A DNA stretch of 52,553 bases from an uncultured bacterium (lineage in GTDB: Bacteria; Fidelibacterota; Marinisomatia; Marinisomatales; UBA1611). The DNA is taken from contig CBFIBM010000010.1 of NCBI GenBank assembly GCA_965660855.1, positions 15,132 to 67,684 on the forward strand. The letters run 5' to 3'. Within the stretch, counting starts at the first letter, position 1. Each line of letters begins with the position of its first letter. The notes beneath the pieces are model-generated. The model was given only the letters and a program-made list of their open reading frames with translations. It was not told where the DNA came from and made no database searches. Of the stretch, positions 23,504 to 33,383 are shown piece by piece. Made by a program: the position numbers and the translations under genes.

Positions 23504-26133
23504 TCAAAAATCTCCAAATTTTCTCTCAATTTTTTATTTTCTTCTGTTAACTTTTGATAATTATTCTGTTCTCTTAAAATAACATCTTTGGGGGCACGGT
23601 CTAAAAATTGTTTATTGGAAAGCTTCCCATTTATAGAAGTTAATAATCTATCAATTTCACCAAGTCTTTTAAGCATACGTTTCTTTTCTTTATCAAAGTC
23701 TACTAAGCCGCTTAAGGGAATGTAAAATTCTATACCTAATGATACTACAGTTGCAGAATTTATAGGTTTTTTATTAGAAGAACTTATTGACAGCTTTTCA
23801 GTTTTTGTGAAATTTTTAAATAATTCTAAATGAGCTAATAGAAAATCCTTTTTATTATTATCACATTTGATTATGAGTTCTATTGTTTTAGAACTTGGTA
23901 TACTCATTCGACTTCTAATAGACCTTATTGAAGTGATAACGTTTTTTAATTTGTTCATATTAGATTCAACTAAATCATTATGATAAAATAGTGGCTTTGG
24001 CCATTTAGAAATAATCAAGTCTCCAGCATTTCTTGGTTTAAAGTTGCACCATAGCTCCTCAGTGATAAAGGGAGTAAATGGGTGTAATAGCTTTAATATA
24101 GTTTGAAGACAACTTGTGGAAACTGCTCTTGCAATATCTGCACGTTCTAAATCTTTACCATAAAATTTTAATTTTGCTATTTCTACATACCAATCACAAA
24201 AATCATTCCAGGTAAATTCATAAAGAATCTTTGCAGCTTCATTAAAATGAAATCTCTCTAACCGATAATTATAACTTTCAATTGTTTTAGAAAGTCTACT
24301 TAAAATCCATTTTTCAGGAGATTCTAAAGTCTTTACATCTATTTTTTCGCCCAGGCTATAATTATAATCAGGGGGAAGATTCATTTCGACAAATCGACAA
24401 GCATTCCATAATTTATTCATGAAATTTCGACCAATTTCTAGTCTATCTTCGGAGAATAAAACATCTGAACCTTGAGGAGACATTAACATTACACCAAAAC
24501 GAACTGCATCAGTACCAAACTTCTCAAATAAATAGAATGGGTCCGGTGAATTACCTAAAGACTTACTTAGTTTTTTACCTGACTCGTCCCTTAAAATTGA
24601 TGTGAAATAAACATCCTTAAAGGGTAGTTCTTTTTGAAATTCTAAACCAGTGATAATCATTCTTGCAACCCAAAAAAATATAATATCAGGACCCGTTACA
24701 AGAGTATCTGTAGGGTAAAACTTACTTAAGCTTTTACTCTTTTCAGGCCATGAATGAACTGCAAATGGCCACAACCATGAACTTGCCCAAGTATCTAGGA
24801 CATCAGAATCCTGAATCCAATTTTCTAAGTCCCTAGGTCCTTCAACAGACACATGAATTCTACTTTTATCAGTTTTATGATACCATACAGGAATTTGATG
24901 TCCCCACCAAAGCTGACGACTGATACACCAATCCTTAATATTCGACATCCAATAATTATAAGTTTTTTTCCAATGATTTGGATGAAATTTAATTTTATTT
25001 TCATTTATGACATTTATTGCTGGCTTAGCTAAATCCTCCATCCTCATAAACCATTGCTCTGATAAATATGATTCGATAGGCACATCACCTCTTTCAGAAA
25101 AACCAACCTTATTTACATAGTTTTCTACTTTATGCAAAAGCCCTAGTTTTTTAAAATCATTTACAACTTTTTCCCTGCCATCTTCTCTTGATAAACCAAC
25201 ATATATTTTTGGAACATTCTCGTTCAGAGATGCGTCATCATTCATTATATTTATAATCTCTAATTTATGTCTTTCGTAAATAAGAAAATCATTTGGGTCA
25301 TGAGCTGGTGTTATTTTGACACATCCTGTGCCAAAATCAGGATCAACATAATCGTCAAAAATAATTGGTATCTCTCTATCTACTATTGGAAGAGATATTT
25401 TTTCCCCTTTTAAATGCTTATATCTTTTATCACCAGGGTTGATGGCGATTGCTGTATCACCTAGCATTGTTTCTGGTCTGGTTGTCGCGACAACCACATA
25501 TTTTTCAGAGTTTTTAATAGGGTAGCGAAGATACCATAGATTGCCCTCTTTCTCTTTATAAATTACTTCTTCATCGCTTATTGCAGACTTAGAAACTGGA
25601 CACCAGTTAACAAGCCTAAAGCCTTTATAAATCAATCCTTTATTGTATAATTCAACAAATGCAGATAATACTGCTTTTGTATAGTCTTCATCCATGGTAA
25701 AACGCTCTTTTCCCCAGTCACATGAACAACCTAGTTTTTTTAATTGTTGAATTATTATACCACCATATTTTTCTTTCCACCTCCAAGTATGATCTAAGAA
25801 TTCTTCTCTAGATAAATCATTTTTTGATATACCCTTTTCTTTTAACATAGAAACAACTTTAGATTCGGTTGCAATTGATGCATGATCTGTTCCGGGAATC
25901 CAGCAGGCTTCTTTCCCTTCCATTCTCGCTTTTCTAATTAATATATCTTGAATTGTGTTATTCAACACATGTCCAACTGTTAACATCCCGGTAACATTTG
26001 GAGGAGGAATTACTATCGTATATGGATCTTTTTTTGAATTAGGATCAGCAGAAAAATAATTTTTCTCCATCCAATGTGAATACCATTTATCTTCGACATT
26101 TGATGGATTGTATGTTTTTTCTAGGTTTGACAT
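23500..26133 (-). CDS. valS: Valine--tRNA ligase
   Basis: PPPNVTG, GTDHASIAT, ATTRPET, TPAHDPND, DWCISRQLWWGH, KLSKS, C-terminal coiled coil. Confidence 0.98.
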   Translation of the reverse strand: MSNLEKTYNPSNVEDKWYSHWMEKNYFSADPNSKKDPYTIVIPPPNVTGMLTVGHVLNNTIQDILIRKARMEGKEACWIPGTDHASIATESKVVSMLKEKGISKNDLSREEFLDHTWRWKEKYGGIIIQQLKKLGCSCDWGKERFTMDEDYTKAVLSAFVELYNKGLIYKGFRLVNWCPVSKSAISDEEVIYKEKEGNLWYLRYPIKNSEKYVVVATTRPETMLGDTAIAINPGDKRYKHLKGEKISLPIVDREIPIIFDDYVDPDFGTGCVKITPAHDPNDFLIYERHKLEIINIMNDDASLNENVPKIYVGLSREDGREKVVNDFKKLGLLHKVENYVNKVGFSERGDVPIESYLSEQWFMRMEDLAKPAINVINENKIKFHPNHWKKTYNYWMSNIKDWCISRQLWWGHQIPVWYHKTDKSRIHVSVEGPRDLENWIQDSDVLDTWASSWLWPFAVHSWPEKSKSLSKFYPTDTLVTGPDIIFFWVARMIITGLEFQKELPFKDVYFTSILRDESGKKLSKSLGNSPDPFYLFEKFGTDAVRFGVMLMSPQGSDVLFSEDRLEIGRNFMNKLWNACRFVEMNLPPDYNYSLGEKIDVKTLESPEKWILSRLSKTIESYNYRLERFHFNEAAKILYEFTWNDFCDWYVEIAKLKFYGKDLERADIARAVSTSCLQTILKLLHPFTPFITEELWCNFKPRNAGDLIISKWPKPLFYHNDLVESNMNKLKNVITSIRSIRSRMSIPSSKTIELIIKCDNNKKDFLLAHLELFKNFTKTEKLSISSSNKKPINSATVVSLGIEFYIPLSGLVDFDKEKKRMLKRLGEIDRLLTSINGKLSNKQFLDRAPKDVILREQNNYQKLTEENKKLRENLEIFE

Positions 26134-26329
26134 TATGCTAAATTAAATCTTTGCGACAAAATATTATATAATTCATATATTAATTTTACATTAATTAAGA
26201 CTACCTTTCATTTAAAATGATTTTCTGAAAAATATTTTTTTATTTTATGAGTTTGATTTTGATTGGTCAAACACCGTAAAGTTTTTAATAAATTATTTTA
26301 TATAAATATAAATTAGAATTTAATAAATC

Positions 26330-28582
26330 ATGGTTTCAAGACTTTCACGATATGTAATTACTAGACCTAAACATACATTACTACTTGTTCTTATTATTAC
26401 ATTATTTTGGTCTTTGTATATCCCAAATCTTAAAATTGATTTTTCAATCGAGCATCTTTTTTCTAAAAATGATCCCAATGTTGAAAAATATTTTTCTTTT
26501 AGAGAGGAATTTGGACGTGAAGACAATATCATAACACTTATTTATAAACCAACTGATTTTTTAGATAAAAAAGTGTATCAAGAGCTAGAATCATTTATTT
26601 ATGATATCGAAGAAATCAATGGCGTTGGTAACATTATTTCAATTTTTAATATCAGTGATTTAGATGATAAAGCTTGGCTTGGGGATCTAAACAATGAAGA
26701 GTATACTTGGAATCAAGATAGTGTACTAAATAAACTTCAATATATACAAACTGATCCTTCCATTGGCTCCAGAGTTCTGTCAAAAAATTTAAAATATGGA
26801 TCGATTATGCTCAGTTTGGATGATAATGTTAATAATCACCAAGCTAGAACTAAAATACTTGATAAAATAAAACTCCTAACATCAGATACTTCATCAGAGT
26901 GGATATTTTCTGGAGTTTCTGTTTTAAGAACGGAATATGTAAGATATATGTTAAGAGATAACTTTTTATTCTTACCTCCAATTGCAATTTTATTAATCTG
27001 TATTCTTAGTTATTTATTTAAAAATTGGGTAAATGTTCTTCTTCCCATCGCAACAGTTATTGTTACAGTTATATGGTTACTGGGAATTATGGGTTTAGTG
27101 GGATTGGATATTAACATCATGACATATATCGTACCAACTTTACTCTTCATTATTGGTATTGGTGATGCAATTCATATTCAGGCTTATTTTAGAGAAAAAT
27201 TAATTGAAAAAAAACATGAACCTATTGAAGCTATGCATGAAACAATGATTCAAATGTTTAAAGTTATCTTTTTAACTAGTATTACAACCTCAATTGGATT
27301 TCTTGCTTTAGCCACTACAAGTATAAAAATATTACAAGAGTTTGGTTTTGAAATAGCATTAGGGGTTATGATTGCTTGGATTGTTTCAATATTAATAGTT
27401 CCATCAGGTATAATAATACTTAATCGGTTTAATTACCCTTCAAAAAGTTATTTTTCTCCAATTCTTTATTGGCTATCAAAAACTATTCCTAAAAAACCTT
27501 GGATTTTTATTATAATTCCAATTTTAATTTCTGGTTCTGCAATTATTAAAATTAAAGATTTATCCACAGATTCCTCATTGATGGATGATCTAAGGCCTAA
27601 AAATAAACTTTATCAAGATTTAAGGCTTACTGAAGAATATTTTGGCGGAGTATTGCCATTTGAAGTTTTATTAAAATTAAACCTTAATAATTCTAAAGGG
27701 TTTACAAATATAGCTGACGAAAAAAACTTAGATTACCTAGAAGAGATCCAAAAACTTCTAAGTGATGAATTAAAAGATAGCCGCTTTTTTTCAATTAATG
27801 ATTTAATAACATCCATTAAAAGGATACGAAATGAAGAACAAAATAACTATAGCCCATTTATAACAAGTCAAATTTTAAAGCAGCAAGAAAAAGAAAAAAT
27901 TAAATTGATAAATAGAAAAAATTCAACTTTAAGAATATCTGGTTTAATTGAGAATAAAACATCCTCAGTAATGGAAAACCTATATAAGAAGTTGGATTCA
28001 TTAGCTTTATCTTTACCTGAATATTTATCTATAGAATATACAGGAACAACTGTTGTTGCACTTAAAACAAACAATTATTTAGTTAAATCATTAGTTAACA
28101 GTCTCAGTATTGCTCTTTTCCTTATTGCAATAATTATGGCATTTATGTTTAGATCAAAATACATGCTTTTTGCAAGCATTATAACAAATATCATTCCTAT
28201 TTTTACAATTCTCGGTATTATATCATGGCTTGGAATTTCAATTCGACCTCCAACTGCTATGACATTTTCTGTCGCCTTAGGAATTGCTGTAGATGATAGC
28301 TTACATTTTTTATTAAGATATAAAAGCGAGCTTTCTAATGGACTTAGTAAACGCAAAGCAATTCAAAATACTATAATGAATACAGGAGCAGCACTAATGA
28401 TTACAACTAGTGTTCTAGTTGGAGGTTTTTCTATTTTATTTCTTTCTGCTTTTCTTCCAACCTACCAGTTTGGACTGCTCTCAGCAAGTATGATCGGATG
28501 CGCCTTAATTTGTGATTTGACATTCCTCCCAGCCTTATGCTTAGTACTTCCAGATCCAAATAAAAAAAATATTAAAATATAA
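26330..28582 (+). CDS. MMPL/RND-family transporter
   Basis: Two repeats of a periplasmic loop plus TM bundle; GIGDAIH, LTSITTSIGF, GIAVDDSLHF. Confidence 0.88.
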   Translation: MVSRLSRYVITRPKHTLLLVLIITLFWSLYIPNLKIDFSIEHLFSKNDPNVEKYFSFREEFGREDNIITLIYKPTDFLDKKVYQELESFIYDIEEINGVGNIISIFNISDLDDKAWLGDLNNEEYTWNQDSVLNKLQYIQTDPSIGSRVLSKNLKYGSIMLSLDDNVNNHQARTKILDKIKLLTSDTSSEWIFSGVSVLRTEYVRYMLRDNFLFLPPIAILLICILSYLFKNWVNVLLPIATVIVTVIWLLGIMGLVGLDINIMTYIVPTLLFIIGIGDAIHIQAYFREKLIEKKHEPIEAMHETMIQMFKVIFLTSITTSIGFLALATTSIKILQEFGFEIALGVMIAWIVSILIVPSGIIILNRFNYPSKSYFSPILYWLSKTIPKKPWIFIIIPILISGSAIIKIKDLSTDSSLMDDLRPKNKLYQDLRLTEEYFGGVLPFEVLLKLNLNNSKGFTNIADEKNLDYLEEIQKLLSDELKDSRFFSINDLITSIKRIRNEEQNNYSPFITSQILKQQEKEKIKLINRKNSTLRISGLIENKTSSVMENLYKKLDSLALSLPEYLSIEYTGTTVVALKTNNYLVKSLVNSLSIALFLIAIIMAFMFRSKYMLFASIITNIIPIFTILGIISWLGISIRPPTAMTFSVALGIAVDDSLHFLLRYKSELSNGLSKRKAIQNTIMNTGAALMITTSVLVGGFSILFLSAFLPTYQFGLLSASMIGCALICDLTFLPALCLVLPDPNKKNIKI

Positions 28583-28629
28583 TTTTTTAAGTTTACCTTT
28601 AAAAACTAGGCCCATTAATACTCATTTTA

Positions 28630-30045
28630 TTATTTTGAAAATAAAACGACAGTTTCAATGTGGGGCGTATGTGGAAACATATCAACCATTACGGCTTTAT
28701 CAATATTATATCCTTTACTTAATAATATTTTAGAATCACGTGCCTGGGTTGTTGGATTACAAGAAACATAAACTATTTTTTTTGCTTTAAATTTATGTAA
28801 ATAGTTTGTCATATCTGGATGCATTCCTGCCCTAGGTGGATCTAAAATTACAACATCTGGCTTAGGAATTTTCCTTGACAATTGCCCCGATTTAAAAAAA
28901 GTATCTAAATTAGATTTAAGAAAAAATATATTTTCTATATTATTTTTTTCTGCATTTTTTTCTGCATCTTCAAGAGAAGACCTTATAACTTCAAATCCGT
29001 AAACTTCTTTAGCTTTCTTTGCAAGGTACAAGCCAATGGTTCCTGTACCACAATAAAGATCAAAAATTACTTCATCTCCATTCAGATTTGCTGCTTTTTC
29101 AACTTCTTGATATAGTTTTATACCTTGATAAGTATTAGTTTGAAAAAATGAGTTTGCAGATATCTCAAAAATAAGATCTCCTATTTTTTCTTCAATATAT
29201 GGTTTCCCAAATAGCAAGGTTTCATATTCCCCAAAAGAAACATCTGATTTACGAGTATTTACATTATTAACCATGGAGGTAATTTCAGGAATTTCTTTTA
29301 ATAACCTATCAATCAATGGTGAAAGTTTATTCAAATCATTATAGGAAGTGACAATATTAATCATTAATTGATTAGTATTTACTCCAAATCGAATCATTAA
29401 ATAGCGTAAAAAACCAATATGAGTTTTGGGGTCATAAGGTTTTAAATCTAAATTTGACTTACAAACTTCTCTTGCAACTTTTAAAATGTCATTTCCTATG
29501 CTAGGTTGGATATGGCAATTTTTTATATCTAAAATTTTATCATATCTACCAGTCATATGTAAACCTAATGCAAAGTTTTTTTCAACATCTTCCGGTTCGG
29601 CTTCAAGTACCCATCGATGTGGTGAAAAAGTAAACTCCATTTTATTACGATAGTTAAATATTTTTTCTGCAGAAACTTTATAATCAATTTTGAAATCTGA
29701 AATTCCTCCTAGTCTATTAAATATATCCTCAACTTGATTACTCTTTTCAATAATTTGCTCATCATATGATAAGCTTTGGATTTTACTACATATGTAATAA
29801 TGGTTACATTTAGGATCCACAGCTTTTTTTGATTCAATTAAAACTTTTAGCACCCTAGCTTCAGCAAATCCACTTTTTTTCTTGTAAATTCTTGCTAAAA
29901 CCTTCTGCCCGGGGATAGCGCCTTTTACAAAAATAACAAAATTATCTTTCCTAGCCAGACCCATACCACCATAAACAAGAGACACAATTTCTAATTCAAT
30001 ATCAATTCCTTTCTTTATTGGGGTTACTTCAGGCATTTCAGTCAT
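28630..30045 (-). CDS. rlmD: 23S rRNA m5U methyltransferase (RlmD/TrmA family)
   Basis: TRAM domain, YRNKMEF, SFFQTN, DLYCGTGTIG, DPPRAG, YVSCNPTT, DMFPHTPHIE. Confidence 0.92.
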   Translation of the reverse strand: MTEMPEVTPIKKGIDIELEIVSLVYGGMGLARKDNFVIFVKGAIPGQKVLARIYKKKSGFAEARVLKVLIESKKAVDPKCNHYYICSKIQSLSYDEQIIEKSNQVEDIFNRLGGISDFKIDYKVSAEKIFNYRNKMEFTFSPHRWVLEAEPEDVEKNFALGLHMTGRYDKILDIKNCHIQPSIGNDILKVAREVCKSNLDLKPYDPKTHIGFLRYLMIRFGVNTNQLMINIVTSYNDLNKLSPLIDRLLKEIPEITSMVNNVNTRKSDVSFGEYETLLFGKPYIEEKIGDLIFEISANSFFQTNTYQGIKLYQEVEKAANLNGDEVIFDLYCGTGTIGLYLAKKAKEVYGFEVIRSSLEDAEKNAEKNNIENIFFLKSNLDTFFKSGQLSRKIPKPDVVILDPPRAGMHPDMTNYLHKFKAKKIVYVSCNPTTQARDSKILLSKGYNIDKAVMVDMFPHTPHIETVVLFSK

Positions 30046-30058
30046 ACTATTTTAATTT

Positions 30059-31402
30059 TTAATTGATCAAATTTTTTACAGATGTCACCAAATCCTGAGC
30101 TAATTTCTCAGACTTTGCTTCAGAATAAATCCTCATAATTGGCTCAGTATTAGATTTTCTTAAATGAATCCATTTATCATCCCATGTAAATTTTATGCCA
30201 TCAATTGTTGATTTTTCAGCATCTTGAAATAAAGAACCTGCTTCATCTATCAATTTATCAGAATCTACATTATCAATTAAAATTTTATCTTTAATTATTT
30301 TATACTGTGGAAGAGAACTAAAAATAGAACTTAATGTTCTATTTGATTGAGCCATTCTGTTTAAAACAAGAGTTGCTGCTACTAAAGAATCTCGACCCAG
30401 ATGAGACTCTCTAAGTATGACTCCCCCATTTCCCTCTCCACCAAAATTTGAATTTAAATCATTCATTTTATTGACAACATTTATTTCACCTACAGCAGAT
30501 CTTTCAACATCAATTCCAATTTTAGAGCTCAACTTTTCTAAAGCCATTGAAGTAGATAAGTTAATGACAAATTTTTCATCACTTTTATCTATACTCTTAA
30601 TATAACCGTCTGCTGCAATAACGAGTGTGTATTCTTCTCCAAGTGCAGTTCCCTTCTCATCTACAATTGCTAGTCTATCAGCATCAGGGTCAATCGCAAA
30701 GCCAGCATCCGCTTTATAATTAATTACTGCATTTGAAAGGTCTTTTATATTTTCTGGAAGAGGTTCAGTCCCTCTTTGAAAAATACCATTTGCTTCACAA
30801 TTTATTTCAATTACTTCACATCCTAATGATTCTAATAAAGCTGGTAAAGCATCAGAACCAGCACCATTTACTGCATCAATAACAATTTTAAAATTTCTTT
30901 TTCTAATTTTATTTAAAGAAATACAACTAAGACTCACACAGGATATTACATGCTTTTGTATAGCATTTTGATCTTTCCATACTATACCTGGTCCTCCATT
31001 AAAACTTCTAAACTTCCTTTTATCAACTATTTCAAATAATTTTTCACACTCATTTGCATGGAAAAAAGTGCTATCTCCTCTGATAAATTTAAAACCATTC
31101 CATTCAATTGGATTATGGCTTGCAGTTACAACTAAACCCCCAACAGCTTCAGTATTATGAACTATAAATTGGACAGTTGGTGTTGGAACAATATCACACT
31201 GTACTACTGATCTACCTAATCGAATTAATTCATCGATCATCGTTGATAAAATTAAATCACCTGAGGGTCTACTATCTCTGCCTGTAATAATTACACCATC
31301 TGGTAAAAATTCGTTTAATCCTTTCGCATAAAGAATAGATAATTCTAGAGTTAAATGAGTTTCCGTTAAACCTCTAACTCCTGATATACTTCTTATTAAC
31401 AT
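30059..31402 (-). CDS. glmM: Phosphoglucosamine mutase (alpha-D-phosphohexomutase)
   Basis: SISGVRG, TASHNP, DPDADR, GGEGNGG, RKSNTEP. Confidence 0.85.
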   Translation of the reverse strand: MLIRSISGVRGLTETHLTLELSILYAKGLNEFLPDGVIITGRDSRPSGDLILSTMIDELIRLGRSVVQCDIVPTPTVQFIVHNTEAVGGLVVTASHNPIEWNGFKFIRGDSTFFHANECEKLFEIVDKRKFRSFNGGPGIVWKDQNAIQKHVISCVSLSCISLNKIRKRNFKIVIDAVNGAGSDALPALLESLGCEVIEINCEANGIFQRGTEPLPENIKDLSNAVINYKADAGFAIDPDADRLAIVDEKGTALGEEYTLVIAADGYIKSIDKSDEKFVINLSTSMALEKLSSKIGIDVERSAVGEINVVNKMNDLNSNFGGEGNGGVILRESHLGRDSLVAATLVLNRMAQSNRTLSSIFSSLPQYKIIKDKILIDNVDSDKLIDEAGSLFQDAEKSTIDGIKFTWDDKWIHLRKSNTEPIMRIYSEAKSEKLAQDLVTSVKNLIN

Positions 31403-31437
31403 AAATTATGAATGAATTAGAATTATAAAATATATTT

Positions 31438-31472
31438 AAAAAAAGAAAAGCCCTGTTATTCAGAGCTCTTCT
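31438..31472 (-). terminator. Rho-independent terminator after rpsU
   Basis: Minus strand AGAAGAGCTCTG-AATAA-CAGGGCTTTTCT gives a 12-bp stem with two G:U pairs, followed by a U tract. Confidence 0.85.
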
Positions 31473-31490
31473 GATTAATTAATTTAAGAT

Positions 31491-31736
31491 CTATTTTCGG
31501 CGTCTACGACGTCTTTGCCTATTTGCGCGTGGATCATTACGTAAAGCTTCAATCCTCGCTAATCTTTTTATTCTTCTTACTGTTTTCTTTCTTTCTTCTC
31601 TCTTGGCGTCACTAGGCTTTTCATAGAAAGCTCTATTTCTTACTTCTCTTAGGACTCCAGCTCTCTCCCACATTTTTTTAAAACGTCTTAGAGCTCTTTC
31701 AAAAGATTCTTTTTCTCTAACTTGAACTTCAACCAC
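31491..31736 (-). CDS. rpsU: 30S ribosomal protein bS21 with Arg-rich C-terminal tail
   Basis: [28 protein letters not shown] start. Confidence 0.95.
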   Translation of the reverse strand: MVEVQVREKESFERALRRFKKMWERAGVLREVRNRAFYEKPSDAKREERKKTVRRIKRLARIEALRNDPRANRQRRRRRRK

Positions 31737-31740
31737 TTAA

Positions 31741-31749
31741 ATCACCTCC
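31741..31749 (-). promoter_or_regulatory. Extended Shine-Dalgarno of rpsU (GGAGGTGAT)
   Basis: The + strand reads atcacctcc, identical to the conserved 16S anti-SD. It ends 4 nt before the GTG. Confidence 0.9.
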
Positions 31750-31826
31750 AAAGTGTTTGTGGTACTTAATTTTATAATATCAATAAAGCCGGCGATATTA
31801 ATATTTAAGTTACTATTAAACAAGTA

Positions 31827-32594
31827 TTAAAGCATTTGAACAAATTCGTCTACCGTTAGAGACTCTGGTCTTCTATCAAAACCAATTTGATTTTTTACTT
31901 CTTCTGAAATAGCCCAGCCTTTTAATGTATTTCTTAGCATTTTTCTTCTTTGTGCAAATGCCGTAGAGACTAATTTATTGAACTTAGTATATTTTCTATC
32001 ATCAACAAGAGGTTTTCTTTTTTTTGTAAACCTTACAATCGCGGACTCCACTTTAGGTTTTGGAACAAAAACATCTGGTTTTATTGTAAAGCAATATTCA
32101 AAGTCAAGATAAGCACTAGTTACAACAGTTAAACGACCATAAGCTTTTGTATTATGCTTCGCCGCTAATCGCTTTGCAACTTCTTTTTGCATCATAATAA
32201 ATGCATCATCCCAATAGTCCAGCTGTTCTATGAGCCAGAATATAATTGGAGATGTTATGTTATATGGAATATTTCCTATTACTCTTACCGGGTTCTTAAC
32301 CTGAATATTTTTTATTTCTTTTAGAAGAATATCTCCATGTACTAAAACTAAACTTTTTAATAATGGATTATTTTTTAAAGAACTTATCAATAGAGGATCT
32401 ATTTCAACAGCAGCCATTTGGTCAACGTAAGGGAAAATTCTTTCAGTCAATGCTCCTTCACCAGGACCAATTTCAATAAATGAATCACTTAGTTTAGGAT
32501 TTATTGTTCTTGCAATCTTATCTAAAAGATTATTATCTGCTAAGAAATTCTGTCCCCATTTTTTTCTAAAAGGATGACGCTTACTTGATTTCAT
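31827..32594 (-). CDS. rsmA: 16S rRNA dimethyladenosine transferase
   Basis: KKWGQNFL, EIGPGEGALT, GNIPYNIT, QKEVA, PKPKVES, QRRKMLRN. Confidence 0.96.
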   Translation of the reverse strand: MKSSKRHPFRKKWGQNFLADNNLLDKIARTINPKLSDSFIEIGPGEGALTERIFPYVDQMAAVEIDPLLISSLKNNPLLKSLVLVHGDILLKEIKNIQVKNPVRVIGNIPYNITSPIIFWLIEQLDYWDDAFIMMQKEVAKRLAAKHNTKAYGRLTVVTSAYLDFEYCFTIKPDVFVPKPKVESAIVRFTKKRKPLVDDRKYTKFNKLVSTAFAQRRKMLRNTLKGWAISEEVKNQIGFDRRPESLTVDEFVQML

Positions 32595-33353
32595 TTAATT
32601 GAATTTGAATAACTTCTCTGCATTTTTTGAAGTTTTTTCAGCTACCTCTTCAATACTTACACAATGGATCTCAGCTAACTTTTCAGCAACATATCTAACT
32701 CTTGAAGGCTCATTCGGTTTGCCTCTATACGGGACTGGACTTAGATACGGTGAATCTGTTTCTACCAACAAGTTATTTAAGGATAGTTGCGAGGCAACAT
32801 CAGGAAGATGACTATTTTTAAATGTAAGATTCCCAGAAAAAGATAAATAAAAACCCAAATCTATTAATTTTTCAGCAGTTTCAATTGTACTTGAAAAGCA
32901 ATGTGCTACACCGTTAACACTTGGAAACTCAGATAGTATTGATAATATATCTTTGTCGGAGTCTCTATTGTGAAAAACAATTGGCAAGTTCAATTCTTGT
33001 GCTATATTTAATTGTTTTCTAAAAACCTCTTTTTGAACTTTTTTATCTTCCTCTCCTCTGAAATAATCTAATCCAATTTCTCCTAAAGCAACAATTTTTT
33101 TATGACTTAAAAGAACCTTTAACTTTTCCTCAAAATTATGAGGTGCACTTTTTGCATCATGTGGATGGATGCCAGCCGTTGGCCATATTCTATTAAATTT
33201 TTCTGATAATTTGATACATTCTTTAGCATCTTCTAAATTTGTTGCAACACAGATAAATTTTTTTACACCTAAACTATCAGCACGCTCAAGTACATTACCA
33301 ATATCATTTTTTATATCATCATAAAAAAGATGACAATGTGTATCTATTAACAT
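32595..33353 (-). CDS. tatD: TatD-family DNase
   Basis: DTHCH, GIHPH, GEIGLDY, HNRD, HCFS, ETDSPYL. Confidence 0.93.
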   Translation of the reverse strand: MLIDTHCHLFYDDIKNDIGNVLERADSLGVKKFICVATNLEDAKECIKLSEKFNRIWPTAGIHPHDAKSAPHNFEEKLKVLLSHKKIVALGEIGLDYFRGEEDKKVQKEVFRKQLNIAQELNLPIVFHNRDSDKDILSILSEFPSVNGVAHCFSSTIETAEKLIDLGFYLSFSGNLTFKNSHLPDVASQLSLNNLLVETDSPYLSPVPYRGKPNEPSRVRYVAEKLAEIHCVSIEEVAEKTSKNAEKLFKFN

Positions 33354-33383
33354 TTAAAAATCCCCTTATTGTCCTTGCTTTAG

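Noticed and set aside
26134..26329. Longest intergenic region as an ncRNA, T-box or replication origin
   Set aside because: It is very AT-rich, with no stable hairpin, T-box motif or clustered DnaA boxes that I could see. It is consistent with divergent promoters.
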